NCBI RefSeq assembly: GCF_006345805.1
Contig: NW_021829608.1
Location: 1 to 52,375 of the forward strand
DNA from: Octopus sinensis
Taxonomy: Eukaryota
Length of the DNA: 52,375 nt
Direction: 5' to 3'
Shown: positions 1-10,550 of the stretch, in pieces
Numbering within the stretch: the stretch's first letter is position 1
Layout: each line of letters starts with the position of its first letter
The notes under the pieces: model-generated
The model's input: only the letters and a program-made list of their open reading frames with translations
The model's database searches: none
What the model was told of the DNA's origin: nothing
Program-made: the position numbers and the translations under genes

Positions 1-721
1 GTTCGTCTTTTTTCATTTTCCAAAATATCTTCTGGTATGTTTAATTTTACTATACCTTCTGATTCTGTTATTTTGATGTTCGTGTCCTGTATTTGTTGGG
101 CCGTAAAGTATATTGTTGTTTTTTTTTCTTTAATCGCCTCAGCGAAATTTGTTGTTGTTTTGTTATTGTTGTTGCTTGTGGTGATGTTGTTGTTGGCTGC
201 AGTTTGTAAAATTGGTGTGTTTGGTTCGATCGTGCTAGTAGGAAGGGGTGGAAAATTGCCTGCGTACTTTAGTCCTGCACTAGGGCAAAATTCGACATTT
301 CGTTTGCTTGTCGTCGTTATTTTTTCACTTGTTGGTGATGGAGTGAGCAGTGGTTGAAGGGAATTGTTGTTGTCGTCGTTGTTGTTGTTGTTATTGTCGT
401 TCTTGGTGACGGCGGTGGTGTTGGTAGTATTAGTAGCATTGACGGCACGGTCTTTGGTGGCGGTGATGGTGATGTTGTTATTGGTGGCGATATCTTTAGT
501 AGGGATAGCAGTTTTAGTAGCAGATTCTGCCATGGTGTTGGTGGTGGTGGTGGACTCACTGATGTGTTTGACGGTGCTTGGCCTTGCGACCTTTGTTTTG
601 TATTTGTTGCTGTTGGTGGTGGTGGGTTGTCAGGTTCGGCGTATGCTAACAGAGCATCCTGTTTTTCTGTTTCCTCGTCACGCTTCACTTGCAACTCAGC
701 CTCGTGGTGGCCAGTGGCCAT
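1..721 (-). mobile_element. Putative 5' end / ORF1 (gag-like) of a non-LTR retrotransposon, running off the left edge of the window
   Basis: A minus frame starts MATGHHEAELQVK at 721. A second minus frame is stop-free from about 628 to base 1 (MAESATKTAIPTK...NFPPLPTS...NFAEAIKEKKTTIYF...LNIPEDILENEKRR). The T/N/P-rich leader followed by FPPLP and FAEAIK motifs resembles LINE ORF1 N-termini. No domain match is confirmed. Confidence 0.45.
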
Positions 722-940
722 TTTGGAAATAAAATGGCTAAATGAAACCACGAAGGCTATGAGAATTTTTTCTTTTAAATTTTTCCCACAAGGGGCAAAA
801 TTTTGTGTCGATATTTATCAAAGGTTTACAGTGGATGTTGTTGCACAACTTTTAAGCACAAAATGTTTGTCAATATACACTTTTAAATAGTCAAAATAAA
901 TGATTACCTTCGGAGCTGAAACGACATCACATCCGTCAGA

Positions 941-1090
941 GATAGATAGATAGATAGATATAGATAGATAGATAGACAGACAGACAGATAGATAGATAGA
1001 TAAATAAATAGATAGATATGAAATAGCAAGTACGCACACGAACACGCACATGTTATATATATATATATGTATATATATATAAATATATAT

Positions 1091-1150
<60 letters not shown>
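941..1150. repeat. (GATA)n/(GACA)n followed by (TA)n microsatellites
   Basis: Direct reading of the sequence. Confidence 0.95.
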
Positions 1151-1152
<2 letters not shown>

Positions 1153-1349
1153 TATAAAGTAATACTAAGCAATAAGGGTTTAGCAACGAGTTGCCTTACC
1201 ACATACCGAATTTAGAAATAGCAGTCAAAGAGTTATAGCTATTTCTTCTACTAAAAGGAGATCTCAGTAAAAACAGCATTTGGAAGGCAGACACAAACAG
1301 GTAAGAGAGAATGAATTGACTGCAATCTATCATACATTTTTTTAGTTAT

Positions 1350-1461
1350 CCACGGACGTACGTTTCGAAATCAAGTTTTAAGGAAAGCATAAGAATTAAA
1401 TATTAAATATTAAATAATAAATAATTCTATCTTACCGAAACTTCTTTTCTCTTCAGCGTAG
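1350..1461 (-). ncRNA. Type I hammerhead ribozyme, copy 1
   Basis: The minus strand reads CTACG-CTGAAGA-GAAAAGAAG...(long AT-rich stem II)...CTTGATTTC-GAAAC-GTAC-GTC-CGTGG. The core is canonical CUGANGA/GAAA/GUC, stem I is CUACG/CGUGG, and stem III is palindromic (ACGUACGU). Confidence 0.8.
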
Positions 1462-1953
1462 AATACTATAATCATAAATGATTATATATGAATTTTGAGA
1501 TACCAGAAGGCACCAACTCCACTCAGTATCAGAGCGAGCTAGAATCCGCAACTGGTATCACCGAATTCAATTTGTGAATGAAACGATTGTGTCAACAGCC
1601 CCTTCCCACCCGCGTGTAGCCAAAACAAGATGCTGTGGTCATCTACTGAGATGAAATATGGTTATCCGTAATAATGAAGGGTGAAATTAATTAATTTGGA
1701 AAAATTATCAATTACACCAAGTAGTCTTCGGCATGTAAAAGCCTCATTCGAGGAAAATTTAAGTAATACTAGCAATAAGGGTTTAGCAACGAGTTGCCTT
1801 ACCACATACCGAATTTAGAAATAGCAGTCAAAGGGTTATAGCTATTTCTTCTACTAAAAGGGAGATCTCAGTAAAAACAGCATTTGGAAGGCAGACACAA
1901 ACAGGTAAGAGAGAATGAATTGACTGCAATCTATCATACATTTTTTTAGTTAT

Positions 1954-2063
1954 CCACGGACGTACGTTTCGAAATCAAGTTTAAGGAAAGCATAAGAATT
2001 AAATATTAAATATAAATAATAAATAATTCTATCTTACCGAAACTTCTTTTCTCTTCAGCGTAG
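1954..2063 (-). ncRNA. Type I hammerhead ribozyme, copy 2
   Basis: Same core and stems as 1350-1461, located 604 nt away. Confidence 0.8.
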
Positions 2064-2203
2064 AATACTATAATCATAAATGATTATATATTGAATTTTG
2101 AGATACCAGAAGGCACCAACTCCACTCAGTATCAGAGCGAGCTAGAATCCGCAACTGGTATCACCGAATTCAATTTGTGAATGAAACGATTTATGTATAT
2201 ATT

Positions 2204-2240
<37 letters not shown>

Positions 2241-2659
2241 AAGATATATATTTACATATATATATATATATATATCGAAAACAATGGAGAAAAAAATTAT
2301 TTTAAAGGAAACGAGCAAGACGGAGAAAGAATGACATGGAAAACAAAAAAAAAACAAAAAGATGAAGGAAACAAAAAAAGAGAAATTGAGAGTAAAAGAA
2401 AAGCAGCAAAAATGAGAAGAAAAAAATTGAATAAAAGAATTAGCGAGTGCCATAAATGAATTAAAGAAAGAAAGAATAAAGCAATGAATGAGAAAACTAA
2501 AAGGAAATATTTTGAAATAATTCAGATTGAGACAAAAACAAAAAAAAAAACAAAAAATAATAATAATCAGCGTAAGAGAAAATTCTTGCAAACGCGTGTC
2601 GATGGATGCATGTATTATGAATGTGTGTACGATGTACTACGCATGTGTGTTTGCATATA

Positions 2660-2717
2660 TACATACATGCATATATATATATATATATATGTATATATAG
2701 ATATATACATGTATACA

Positions 2718-2755
<38 letters not shown>

Positions 2756-3026
2756 CATACATATATATATATATGTTATATATATATAGATATACACATA
2801 TATATTATATATATATATATATATATAATATATATATATATACATATATATATACATATATATTTATATATATATATATATATTATATATATATACCACA
2901 TATATATTTATATATATATATATTATATATATATACACATATATATTTATATATATATACATTATATATATATACACATATATATTTATATATATATATA
3001 TCATATAGATACACATATATATATAC

Positions 3027-3072
<46 letters not shown>
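2660..3072. repeat. Compound (TA)n/(TACA)n microsatellite
   Basis: Direct reading of the sequence. Confidence 0.95.
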
Positions 3073-3075
<3 letters not shown>

Positions 3076-3990
3076 ATAAAACGGTAGATAACAAAAGAAA
3101 GAAAGAGCCTCAATATTATGTAAATAGAGGAAATTTATCTATACAATATGTTACATACTCGGTAGTCAAGATAAAACTCTGAGTTTCAGATGCCGAAGTG
3201 GAAATCCACAACACCATCTCTTCGGTTATCTGGCTATTTGAAAACGTTATGAAAAAATACCGTTAAAAATGAAGGGAAATTACTCTGTTATAACTCTGCT
3301 TTGCCTGCGTACTTATACATCGCTCGCATTTTTCGTCATGAAAATTATATAAAAATACATAAAAATATATAAAAATATATAAAATCTTCTTGGGACATAA
3401 CACAGAAAGCATGTTCTATCCATTTTCTCTTTAGGGGACCAAAACGTAACAGAAATTTAGTCACATGTGGGCATGATCCGAAAAGCTCTGTCCTTGTATT
3501 TAGACATGTGGTAGGGTCTAAGCTGCTTTTCCAGATAAGCCATCTCTCCATGTCGGTTTATGCGGTTTATGCGGTTTGCGACATGGAGAGATGGCTTATC
3601 TGGAAAAGCAGCTTAGACCCTACCACATGTCTAAATACAAGGACAGAGCTTTTCGGATCATGCCCACATGTGACTAATTTCTGTTACGTTTTTGGTCCCC
3701 TAAAGAAAATGGATAGACATGCTTTCTGTGTTATGTCCCAAGAAGATTTTATATATTTTTATATATTTTTATGTATTTTATATAATTTTCATGACGAAAA
3801 ATGCGAGCGATGTATAAGTACGCAGGCAAAGCAGAGTTATAACAGAGTAATTTCCCTTCATTTTTAACGGTATTTTTCATAACGTTTTCAAATAGCCAGA
3901 TAACCGAAGAGATGGTGTTGTGGATTTCCACTTCGGCATCTGAAACTCAGAGTTTTATCTTGACTACCGAGTAATGTAACATATTGTATA
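3071..3990. mobile_element. Fold-back pair of Penelope-like pseudo-LTR (3' end) copies
   Basis: Inverted arms at about 3140-3554 and 3580-3990 with a 25-nt spacer. They encode the GIY-YIG C-terminal tail CDMERWLIWKSSLDPTTCLNTRTELFGSCPH, which matches the PLE at 23764-27107. Flanked by (TA)n. Confidence 0.9.
3898..3960 (+). ncRNA. Variant hammerhead-like fold in the PLE pseudo-LTR (other copies: 3169-3231 -, 23794-23857 -, 26351-26413 -, about 26944-27004 +)
   Basis: AGATAA-CCGAAGA-GATG...CATC-T-GAAAC-TCAGA-GTT-TTATCT. Stems I, II and III can form, but the core has U4C and an extra U before GAAA. Confidence 0.5.
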
Positions 3991-4118
3991 ATATATATAT
4001 ATATATATATAATATTATATATATATATAATATATGTATATATCAAGTACTCACCGCGAATTTCTATATATATATATATATATAAGATATATTATATATA
4101 TATATATATATAATATAC

Positions 4119-4161
<43 letters not shown>

Positions 4162-4198
4162 ATATATATATATGTGCACATACATAGATACATACATA

Positions 4199-4237
<39 letters not shown>

Positions 4238-4240
4238 AAC
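3990..4240. repeat. (TA)n-rich microsatellite
   Basis: Direct reading of the sequence. Confidence 0.95.
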
Positions 4241-4806
4241 ATACAAGTACCTATCTACGTTGCATACTTTACCCTATTATTCCTATGCCTTATTAGTGTT
4301 CTACTATATATATCCATCTATGTATGTGTGCTTTTTCTATTCATGCGTATATATTATGCGAGGTGCATGTGTGTGTGGGCGTATTGAGAAACAATTGCCC
4401 TTTGTAGTTTGTGTGTGCGTATGTCTATATGCGAGAGATTGCGTGCTTTTTACGCTATCTATTATTCGATAGAATCCACATGTAAAAGAAGTCAACTCCT
4501 TTCAATGAATATAACGCATAATGAGGGCAATATGCAATTAGCAATATGACGGTAGTTAATGGGAGCGCAGAGAAATAATAATAAAATTTGCTGGAGATAT
4601 GCAGCTGTGCTATGGTGAGAGAAGTAAGAGTAATAGAGGGAAGACTAGCGCAGACGACCCAGAAACAAACGGCCATCTTTTTTGCTGCTGTTTACTTGCT
4701 TTTTTGTTCGTTGAACTGACGTTTAGCCCTAGGTAAGCTCCGAAATAGAAACACCACCTCTGGTTTAATAACTGAAGGAATTATAAACCTTTACCCAACT
4801 CTCTTT

Positions 4807-5228
4807 CTCTCTTTTACTTGTTTCAGTCATTTGACACTGCGGCCATGCTGGAGCTTCGCCTTTAGTCGAGCAAATCGACCCCGGGACTTATTCTTTCTTT
4901 GTAAGCCCAGTACTTATTCTATCGGCCTCTTTCGCCGAACCGCTAAGTAACGGGGACGTAAACACCCAGCATCGGTTGTCAAGCAATGCTAAGAGGACAA
5001 ACCAGACACACCAAAACACACACCACGCATATATATATATATAATATATATATATCATATACGACGACGGGCTTCTTTCAGTTTCCGTCTACCAAATCCA
5101 CTCACAAGGCTTTGGTCGGCCCGTGGCTATAGTAGAAGACACTTGGCCAAGGTGCCACGCAGTGGGACTGAACCCGGAACCATGTGGTTGGTAAACAAGC
5201 TATTTACCACACAGCCACTCCTGCGCCT
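4807..5228 (-). mobile_element. tRNA-derived SINE, family A (full length)
   Basis: The minus-strand head is AGGCGCAGGAGTGGCTGTGTGGTAA...GGTTCCGGGTTCAGTCCC (A/B-box-like). It has an internal CA/TA microsatellite and an (AAAAGAGT)-type tail. Many copies occur in the window. Confidence 0.9.
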
Positions 5229-5256
5229 ATACTTATACAATCAAAAAATAAATAAA

Positions 5257-5475
5257 TGCACCCTTTTTAAAGCCTAGCCAGGCTCATGGGCCCGGTTTCC
5301 CGGTTTCCCTAGCTGGACGGGACGTCAGTCCACCGCAGCGTTACTCATTTTTGCCAGCTGAGTGGACTGGAGCAAAGTGAAATTAAGTTTTTGCTCAAGA
5401 ACACGTCCCCCGGTCCTGGAATCGAAACCACAATCTTACGATCATGGTGCTGACACCCTAACCACTAAGCCACGC
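5257..5475 (-). mobile_element. tRNA-derived SINE, family D (head related to family B)
   Basis: The minus head is GCGTGGCTTAGTGGTTAGGGTGTCAGCACCATGATCGTAAGATTGTGGTTTCGATTCC. A degenerate relative lies at about 19938-20110. Confidence 0.8.
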
Positions 5476-5978
5476 AATACACAAAATATTTTAACAGTCA
5501 TTTTTTTTTTGTTTGTTTGTATAAAATTCCTAATAATATTCAATTATTAAGATATTATAGGATTTTAAAATATCGGATGACTAGGAGGGTCTTTTCGCAT
5601 AAAACAAAAATCAAAGGGGTCTTTAGGTAGTAAATGGTTGAGAAACACTAGTTTAGAGGTACAAGACCAGGATACTTCCTTTATATAAATATAGAGGTAC
5701 AAAGCCAGCGGGAGGAAAAGGAGGGAACAGGGTAAGGGGTGGGTTGTGATCCAGGTACTTCCTAACCACAAAACGTAAACTAGCGCAGATAAGACGTCGG
5801 GAGGTAGTCGCCAACGGTACTGTGGGGACAGAGGTCACATTATATGACCTTAGAAGTAGGGTGGATGTATGTGGGTGGGCGAGTAGGTAATGCATCTGAA
5901 TGATCGGATAACAGTATTTCTGGTGAACCATCGAAAACACGTGCCTGGCTACAGACGCAAATACAAACGTATACATAT

Positions 5979-6384
5979 AGGCGCAGGAGTGGCTGTGTGG
6001 TAAGTAGCTTGCTAACCAACCACATGGTTCCGGGTTCAGTCCCACTGCGTGGCATCTTGGGCAAGTGTCTTCTACTATAGCTTTGGACCGACCAATGCCT
6101 TGTGAGTGGATTTGGTAGACGGACACTGAATGAAGTCTGTTGTATATATGTGTATATATATTTGTGTGTGTGTGTTTGTGTGTCTGTGTTTGTCCCCCTA
6201 GCATTGCTTGACAACCGATGTTGGTGTGTTTACGTCCCCGTCACTTAGCGGTTCGGCAAAAGAGACCGATAGAATAGTACTAGGCTTACAAAGATAAGTG
6301 CTGGGGTCGATTTGCTCGACTAAAGGTGGTGCTCCAGCATCACCGCAGTCAAAATGACTGAAACAAGTAAAAGAGTAAAAGAGT
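5979..6384 (+). mobile_element. tRNA-derived SINE, family A (full length)
   Basis: Reverse-complement match to 4807-5228. Confidence 0.9.
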
Positions 6385-6530
6385 ATACGTAATACATAAC
6401 ATATATAGCATACATACATATATACATGCATGCATATACATACGTACCAATACATATACGTATACACTCCCACATCTATACACACAGACACTCATACATA
6501 TATATTCACACACGCAAATACACGGATATG

Positions 6531-6578
<48 letters not shown>

Positions 6579-7514
6579 CGGAGATCTTTTTGGCAGATTT
6601 TAAAATAGTTTCTTTGTAACTAAACACTTTTAAACTTCCTATACTGTAGAATGTGTTTATAAAACATCTTTTTCTCTTGGCTTTCTTGAGAAAATTCTGT
6701 AGTTTTGTAAGATATTTGGTATTTAATTTCTTAATTTTCGGCAATTTCATCCAATCATGACGTCTATTGAGGTGAAAACGATTTCTGCCGTAATGTATCA
6801 ACAGCAATTTTTTGCCGTGTCATATGAAAATGTCCCTGCTATTCATGACATATTTCATATCAATTACGTTCGTATGAATAAAAGTATGTATTATGTGTGT
6901 GAATATGTATATGTATATATATATATGTATGTAGAGATGGATAAGTGTATATGTGTGTATACTTTAAGATTATACGTATATTTGTGAGTATGTGTAAGTG
7001 TCTATATGGTTGTGTGTACTTGTATATATGTATAAGGTTATATGTGTATATATGTATCTAAGACGTTGTATCCATTCACCGTTAGACGGGCGTGAGAGGG
7101 TCAAACGCACACACACACACATATATATGTGTGTGTGTGTCTATATAAATGTATATATGTGTATATATACAACCCTCAACAAGGTAACAGTCATGTATAC
7201 AACGTGAACTGACGCATATCAGTAAATAAACATACGTTCACATGTACATACACAGAGACACGTCTACACACTCTCCTAAATACTTCCGCGTATAGGCATG
7301 CACACATGCATGCGCACATACATGTAGCCACATACATACATATATTCATACATACATACATAGATGCATGCATGCATACATATATGCATACATACACACA
7401 CACATACATACGTACATATATTCATGAACTAACTGTTACTTTCTCAGATGCAGCACAAAGTTTTGTCATGAACAGGTCGCGGTCTGAAAGCGACGAAAAT
7501 ATTTTGACAAATTA

Positions 7515-7518
7515 AATT

Positions 7519-7561
<43 letters not shown>

Positions 7562-7583
7562 ATGTATATATGTATGTATGTAT

Positions 7584-7629
<46 letters not shown>

Positions 7630-7835
7630 ATATATATGTATATGTATAAGTATATATACATGTAACATATTTGGTCATTTACTAAGGTACACACACATTC
7701 ACACACACACACGCACACACGCACACATACAGACACAGACAGACACACGGTTTGTCTATGTGTCCATGTGCGCGAAGGTGTGTTTGATAGATAGATAGAT
7801 AGATAGATAGATATAGATAGATAGATAGATAGACC

Positions 7836-7884
<49 letters not shown>

Positions 7885-7976
7885 TAGATAGATAGATCGA
7901 TAGATAGATAGATAATAGATAGAAGATAGATAGATAGATAGATAAGATAAGATAGACAGACATACGATAGATAGAT
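7515..7976. repeat. Compound (TA)n, (CA)n, (GATA)n/(GACA)n microsatellites
   Basis: Direct reading of the sequence. Confidence 0.9.
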
Positions 7977-8560
7977 AACGTGAGTTACATTTACAATTTA
8001 GTATTTATTTTTATTAAAATATATCGTGTATTATTTTCTTGTTGCTAATTTCTGTTAGATGATAGGATTGGATCGGTTATGTTGTTACTAATTTAGTTTG
8101 ATTAAATTTCTAATTTTACAAATTGAACAGGATAATACCAGTAAGATATCGTTTTGATCTTCTTACGCCCAAAAACTGGTTAGCAATTGCCTAAGTTAAA
8201 TGTATTAACGTATAAGCAATGTTGTTGACATACATTTCTATTTATGGACAGAGTAAACGATATATATATATATATATGATATTAATAAGCGGAGAATAAA
8301 CGTACTAGTATTATATTTATTCCATGATTTCCAATTGCTTGTCTTATCAAATATTATTTATGAAGTCTTCAACGTGGATGATGTGCGCATTTCATAATGA
8401 TCTCCTCACATTCATTTTAGTCACAACGCATGCACACGCATGCGTGCGTGCATACATATGTTTATTAATGTTTGTTTTTTTACGTTCAGTTCTAATAAAA
8501 CCAATTTCATATTAATCTGAAGGGTTACTCTATAGTTTTGTAGAGTACAAATTTATTATT

Positions 8561-9029
8561 GTGTCGTATATTTGCCATTTAAATATGGCTAACCCCTAAG
8601 GGTGGATGCTACTGTAGTTTGTAGCCCCAGGAGGACACCTCCTCCAGCTGGCTTTAGACACACTTTCTGAGCCCTATCAGCGTTTGCAAAGGGAAGCCAT
8701 CCTTCCCGTCTTCAACTTATGATACACACGGACTCGAGTTTCTGGGTATTGACCCGATACTGGAAAAGGGAAAAAATTTTTTTTGAAGGGAACCTACTTT
8801 TCATCGACAACTGTGATTATCACACGCCGATGAAGGCTCAATACCCAGAAACTCGAATTCGTGTGTATCATAAGTTGAAGACGGGAAGGATGGCTTCCCT
8901 TTGCAAACACTGATAGGGCACAGAAAGTGTGTCTAAAGCCAGCTGGAGGAGGTGTCCTCCTGAGGCTACAAACTACAGTAGCATTCACCCTTAGGGGTTA
9001 GCCATATTTAAATGGCAAATATACGTCAC
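8561..9029. mobile_element. Fold-back element with about 190-bp inverted arms and a hammerhead-like fold
   Basis: Arms at 8561-about 8751 and about 8838-9029 are near-perfect reverse complements. A hammerhead-like motif lies at 8821-8865 (+). Confidence 0.8.
8821..8865 (+). ncRNA. Degenerate type I hammerhead fold
   Basis: CACACG-CCGATGA-AGGCTCAATACCCA-GAAAC-TCGA-ATT-CGTGTG. The opposite arm keeps the intact 3' half, GGGTCAATACCCA-GAAAC-TCGA-GTC-CGTGTG (8725-8756 -). Confidence 0.55.
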
Positions 9030-9461
9030 GATGTGTTGCAGCTACTGTTTATAACTCGCTCTAAGATTTATTATTGCTTAAATTTATTATTCTTATACAA
9101 GAATGTTGTTGACAGTGGCTTCAGTGTTCCAGTCAGCAAAGCCATCGTGGAACTGCGATGTATTAGAATTATATTAGCTTTTATATAGTCTATGTGGAGT
9201 TGAAATCATCTTTAGACGAGCGGGTTTGTGTGGGGTGGTTCATTTCATCCTAGCATATATCTCCGTCATGGAGATTCTTATAGTAGCAGGAAAGGAATTT
9301 TTAACTCATATTTCTAATTCCGGTATGTTGTGAAGCAGTTAGATGAACCCTAATTATAATTATGTGGATAATTTTACCTATAAAGGTTATTTTAACGTAC
9401 CGATCTACTTGGTGAAATTGTTAATTAATTGATTAATTAATTTTACCCTTCTATTATATAT

Positions 9462-9771
9462 AAGGTAAAAAGTAAGGACCCCCTTCCGTCATGAATGACC
9501 ATGGTATTGCACCTAGAATGTTCTCTTCCAAGGCAAGTCTGGGTAAGGTTGTTTATGGAAGACCAGCAGTCACCCATGCATACTAGCTTCTCCTCTCCAT
9601 GCCACCAGTGTTATCCAAAGGAAAGGCAAAGACCGATACAGCTAGGCACCAGTGATATCGCAACTCATTTCTACAGCTGAGTTAACTGGACACAACACAA
9701 CCTGGTCCGGGAATCGAACTCACTACTTCATGATTGTGAGCCAGATTATCTAACCGCTGAGCCATGCGCCT
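9462..9771 (-). mobile_element. tRNA-derived SINE, family B
   Basis: The minus head is GGCGCATGGCTCAGCGGTTAGATAATCTGGCTCACAATCATGAAGTAGTGAGTTCGATTCCCGGACC. Homologous to 42667-42927, 46728-47040 and 51291-51573. Confidence 0.85.
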
Positions 9772-9974
9772 TATATATATAACCAGTCGCCATGCTTGAA
9801 TCGCTAAATTCACGAGCGTTTTTTTTTTTATCTTTCACTGCTTATTTTTTTTTATTCCCTTCTGTTGAAGAGCGTAAGCTCGAAACATAAAATACTTTCT
9901 CCCTTCTCGACCATCAAACAAATACCTGCTTGTTCTTCATACAGCGTCTTCGTCTTTTGTTTTTCTATAAATTT

Positions 9975-9977
<3 letters not shown>

Positions 9978-10029
<52 letters not shown>

Positions 10030-10031
10030 AA

Positions 10032-10062
<31 letters not shown>

Positions 10063-10068
10063 TTTATG

Positions 10069-10102
<34 letters not shown>

Positions 10103-10140
10103 TGTATTTGTATGTATGTATGTATGATGTATGTATGTAT
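9978..10140. repeat. (TA)n-(TG)n-(TATG)n microsatellite
   Basis: Direct reading of the sequence. Confidence 0.95.
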
Positions 10141-10225
10141 GGAGTAAATTTACGTTAAAGAGTGGAGCACACAATTTTGTAAGTCAGCCTGCCTCATAGT
10201 CCCAACAGATAAAAGAGAAAGGGCT

Positions 10226-10550
10226 TACCCTCGGAGAACGGCGAGGGAGTTGCGCTGAAACAACCACTCTGGCTCACGGGGATCGCTCTTGCTGATATTA
10301 CTCTCTGCTCCGATAGCAGCGAGCAGGGATATGCTCTGGGGGCCAAGAACGGCGGAGATCTCCACTACCAAAGACTTGACCATAAACCTGTCGGAGAGTG
10401 ACCGACACCTTCGCAGTTTGCTTTCCTCAGTTTCACGAGCAACGGAGCCTGGGCTGGTAGGTGGCCACACCGAGCTGCCGCTAGAAAGGGTCACAGCATG
10501 TTGCATCTCAGATGAGAAGCCTACAGCGAAAACTAATAACAATGTTTGGA
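10226..10550 (-). pseudogene. Fossil C-terminal restriction-like endonuclease (RLE) of a CRE-like non-LTR retrotransposon
   Basis: One frame gives PNIVISFRCRLLI*DATCCD (recalls PDG...LxWDATC with W mutated to stop). After a frameshift it continues ARETEESKLRRCRSLSDRF...LVVEISAVLGP...IG...SDPREPEWLFQRNSLAVLRG (recalls AE..K..KY...P...ET.G..GP...GDPRE..FLFQRxSxAxQRGN). Confidence 0.7.

Larger units (their letters stand above)
1157..2191 (-). mobile_element. Hammerhead-bearing tandem repeat element (retrozyme-like or PLE pseudo-LTR-like), 604-nt period
   Basis: Near-identical direct repeats at 1157-1588 and 1761-2191, with (TA)n on both outer sides. Each copy carries a hammerhead fold. No ORF is evident. 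Confidence 0.75.

Noticed and set aside
2280-2590. Lys/Glu-rich ORFs
   Set aside because: A-rich low-complexity sequence with no recognisable domain or splice support.
5650-5970. GC-richer unique stretch within the 183-aa minus ORF, and a possible hAT-like terminus at about 5610-5652
   Set aside because: The ORF starts inside a SINE and I recognise no motif. No partner terminus or TSD was found for the hAT-like end.
5840-6214. Recurrent ORFs such as MSSNARGTNTD... and ...EDTCPRCHAVGLNPEPCGW, seen in many places
   Set aside because: They are incidental antisense frames of SINE family A, not a gene family.
10229-10480. Conventional host protein-coding exon
   Set aside because: Motifs match a retrotransposon RLE and extend past the apparent acceptor with a nonsense change. 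Kept only as an exonisation candidate.
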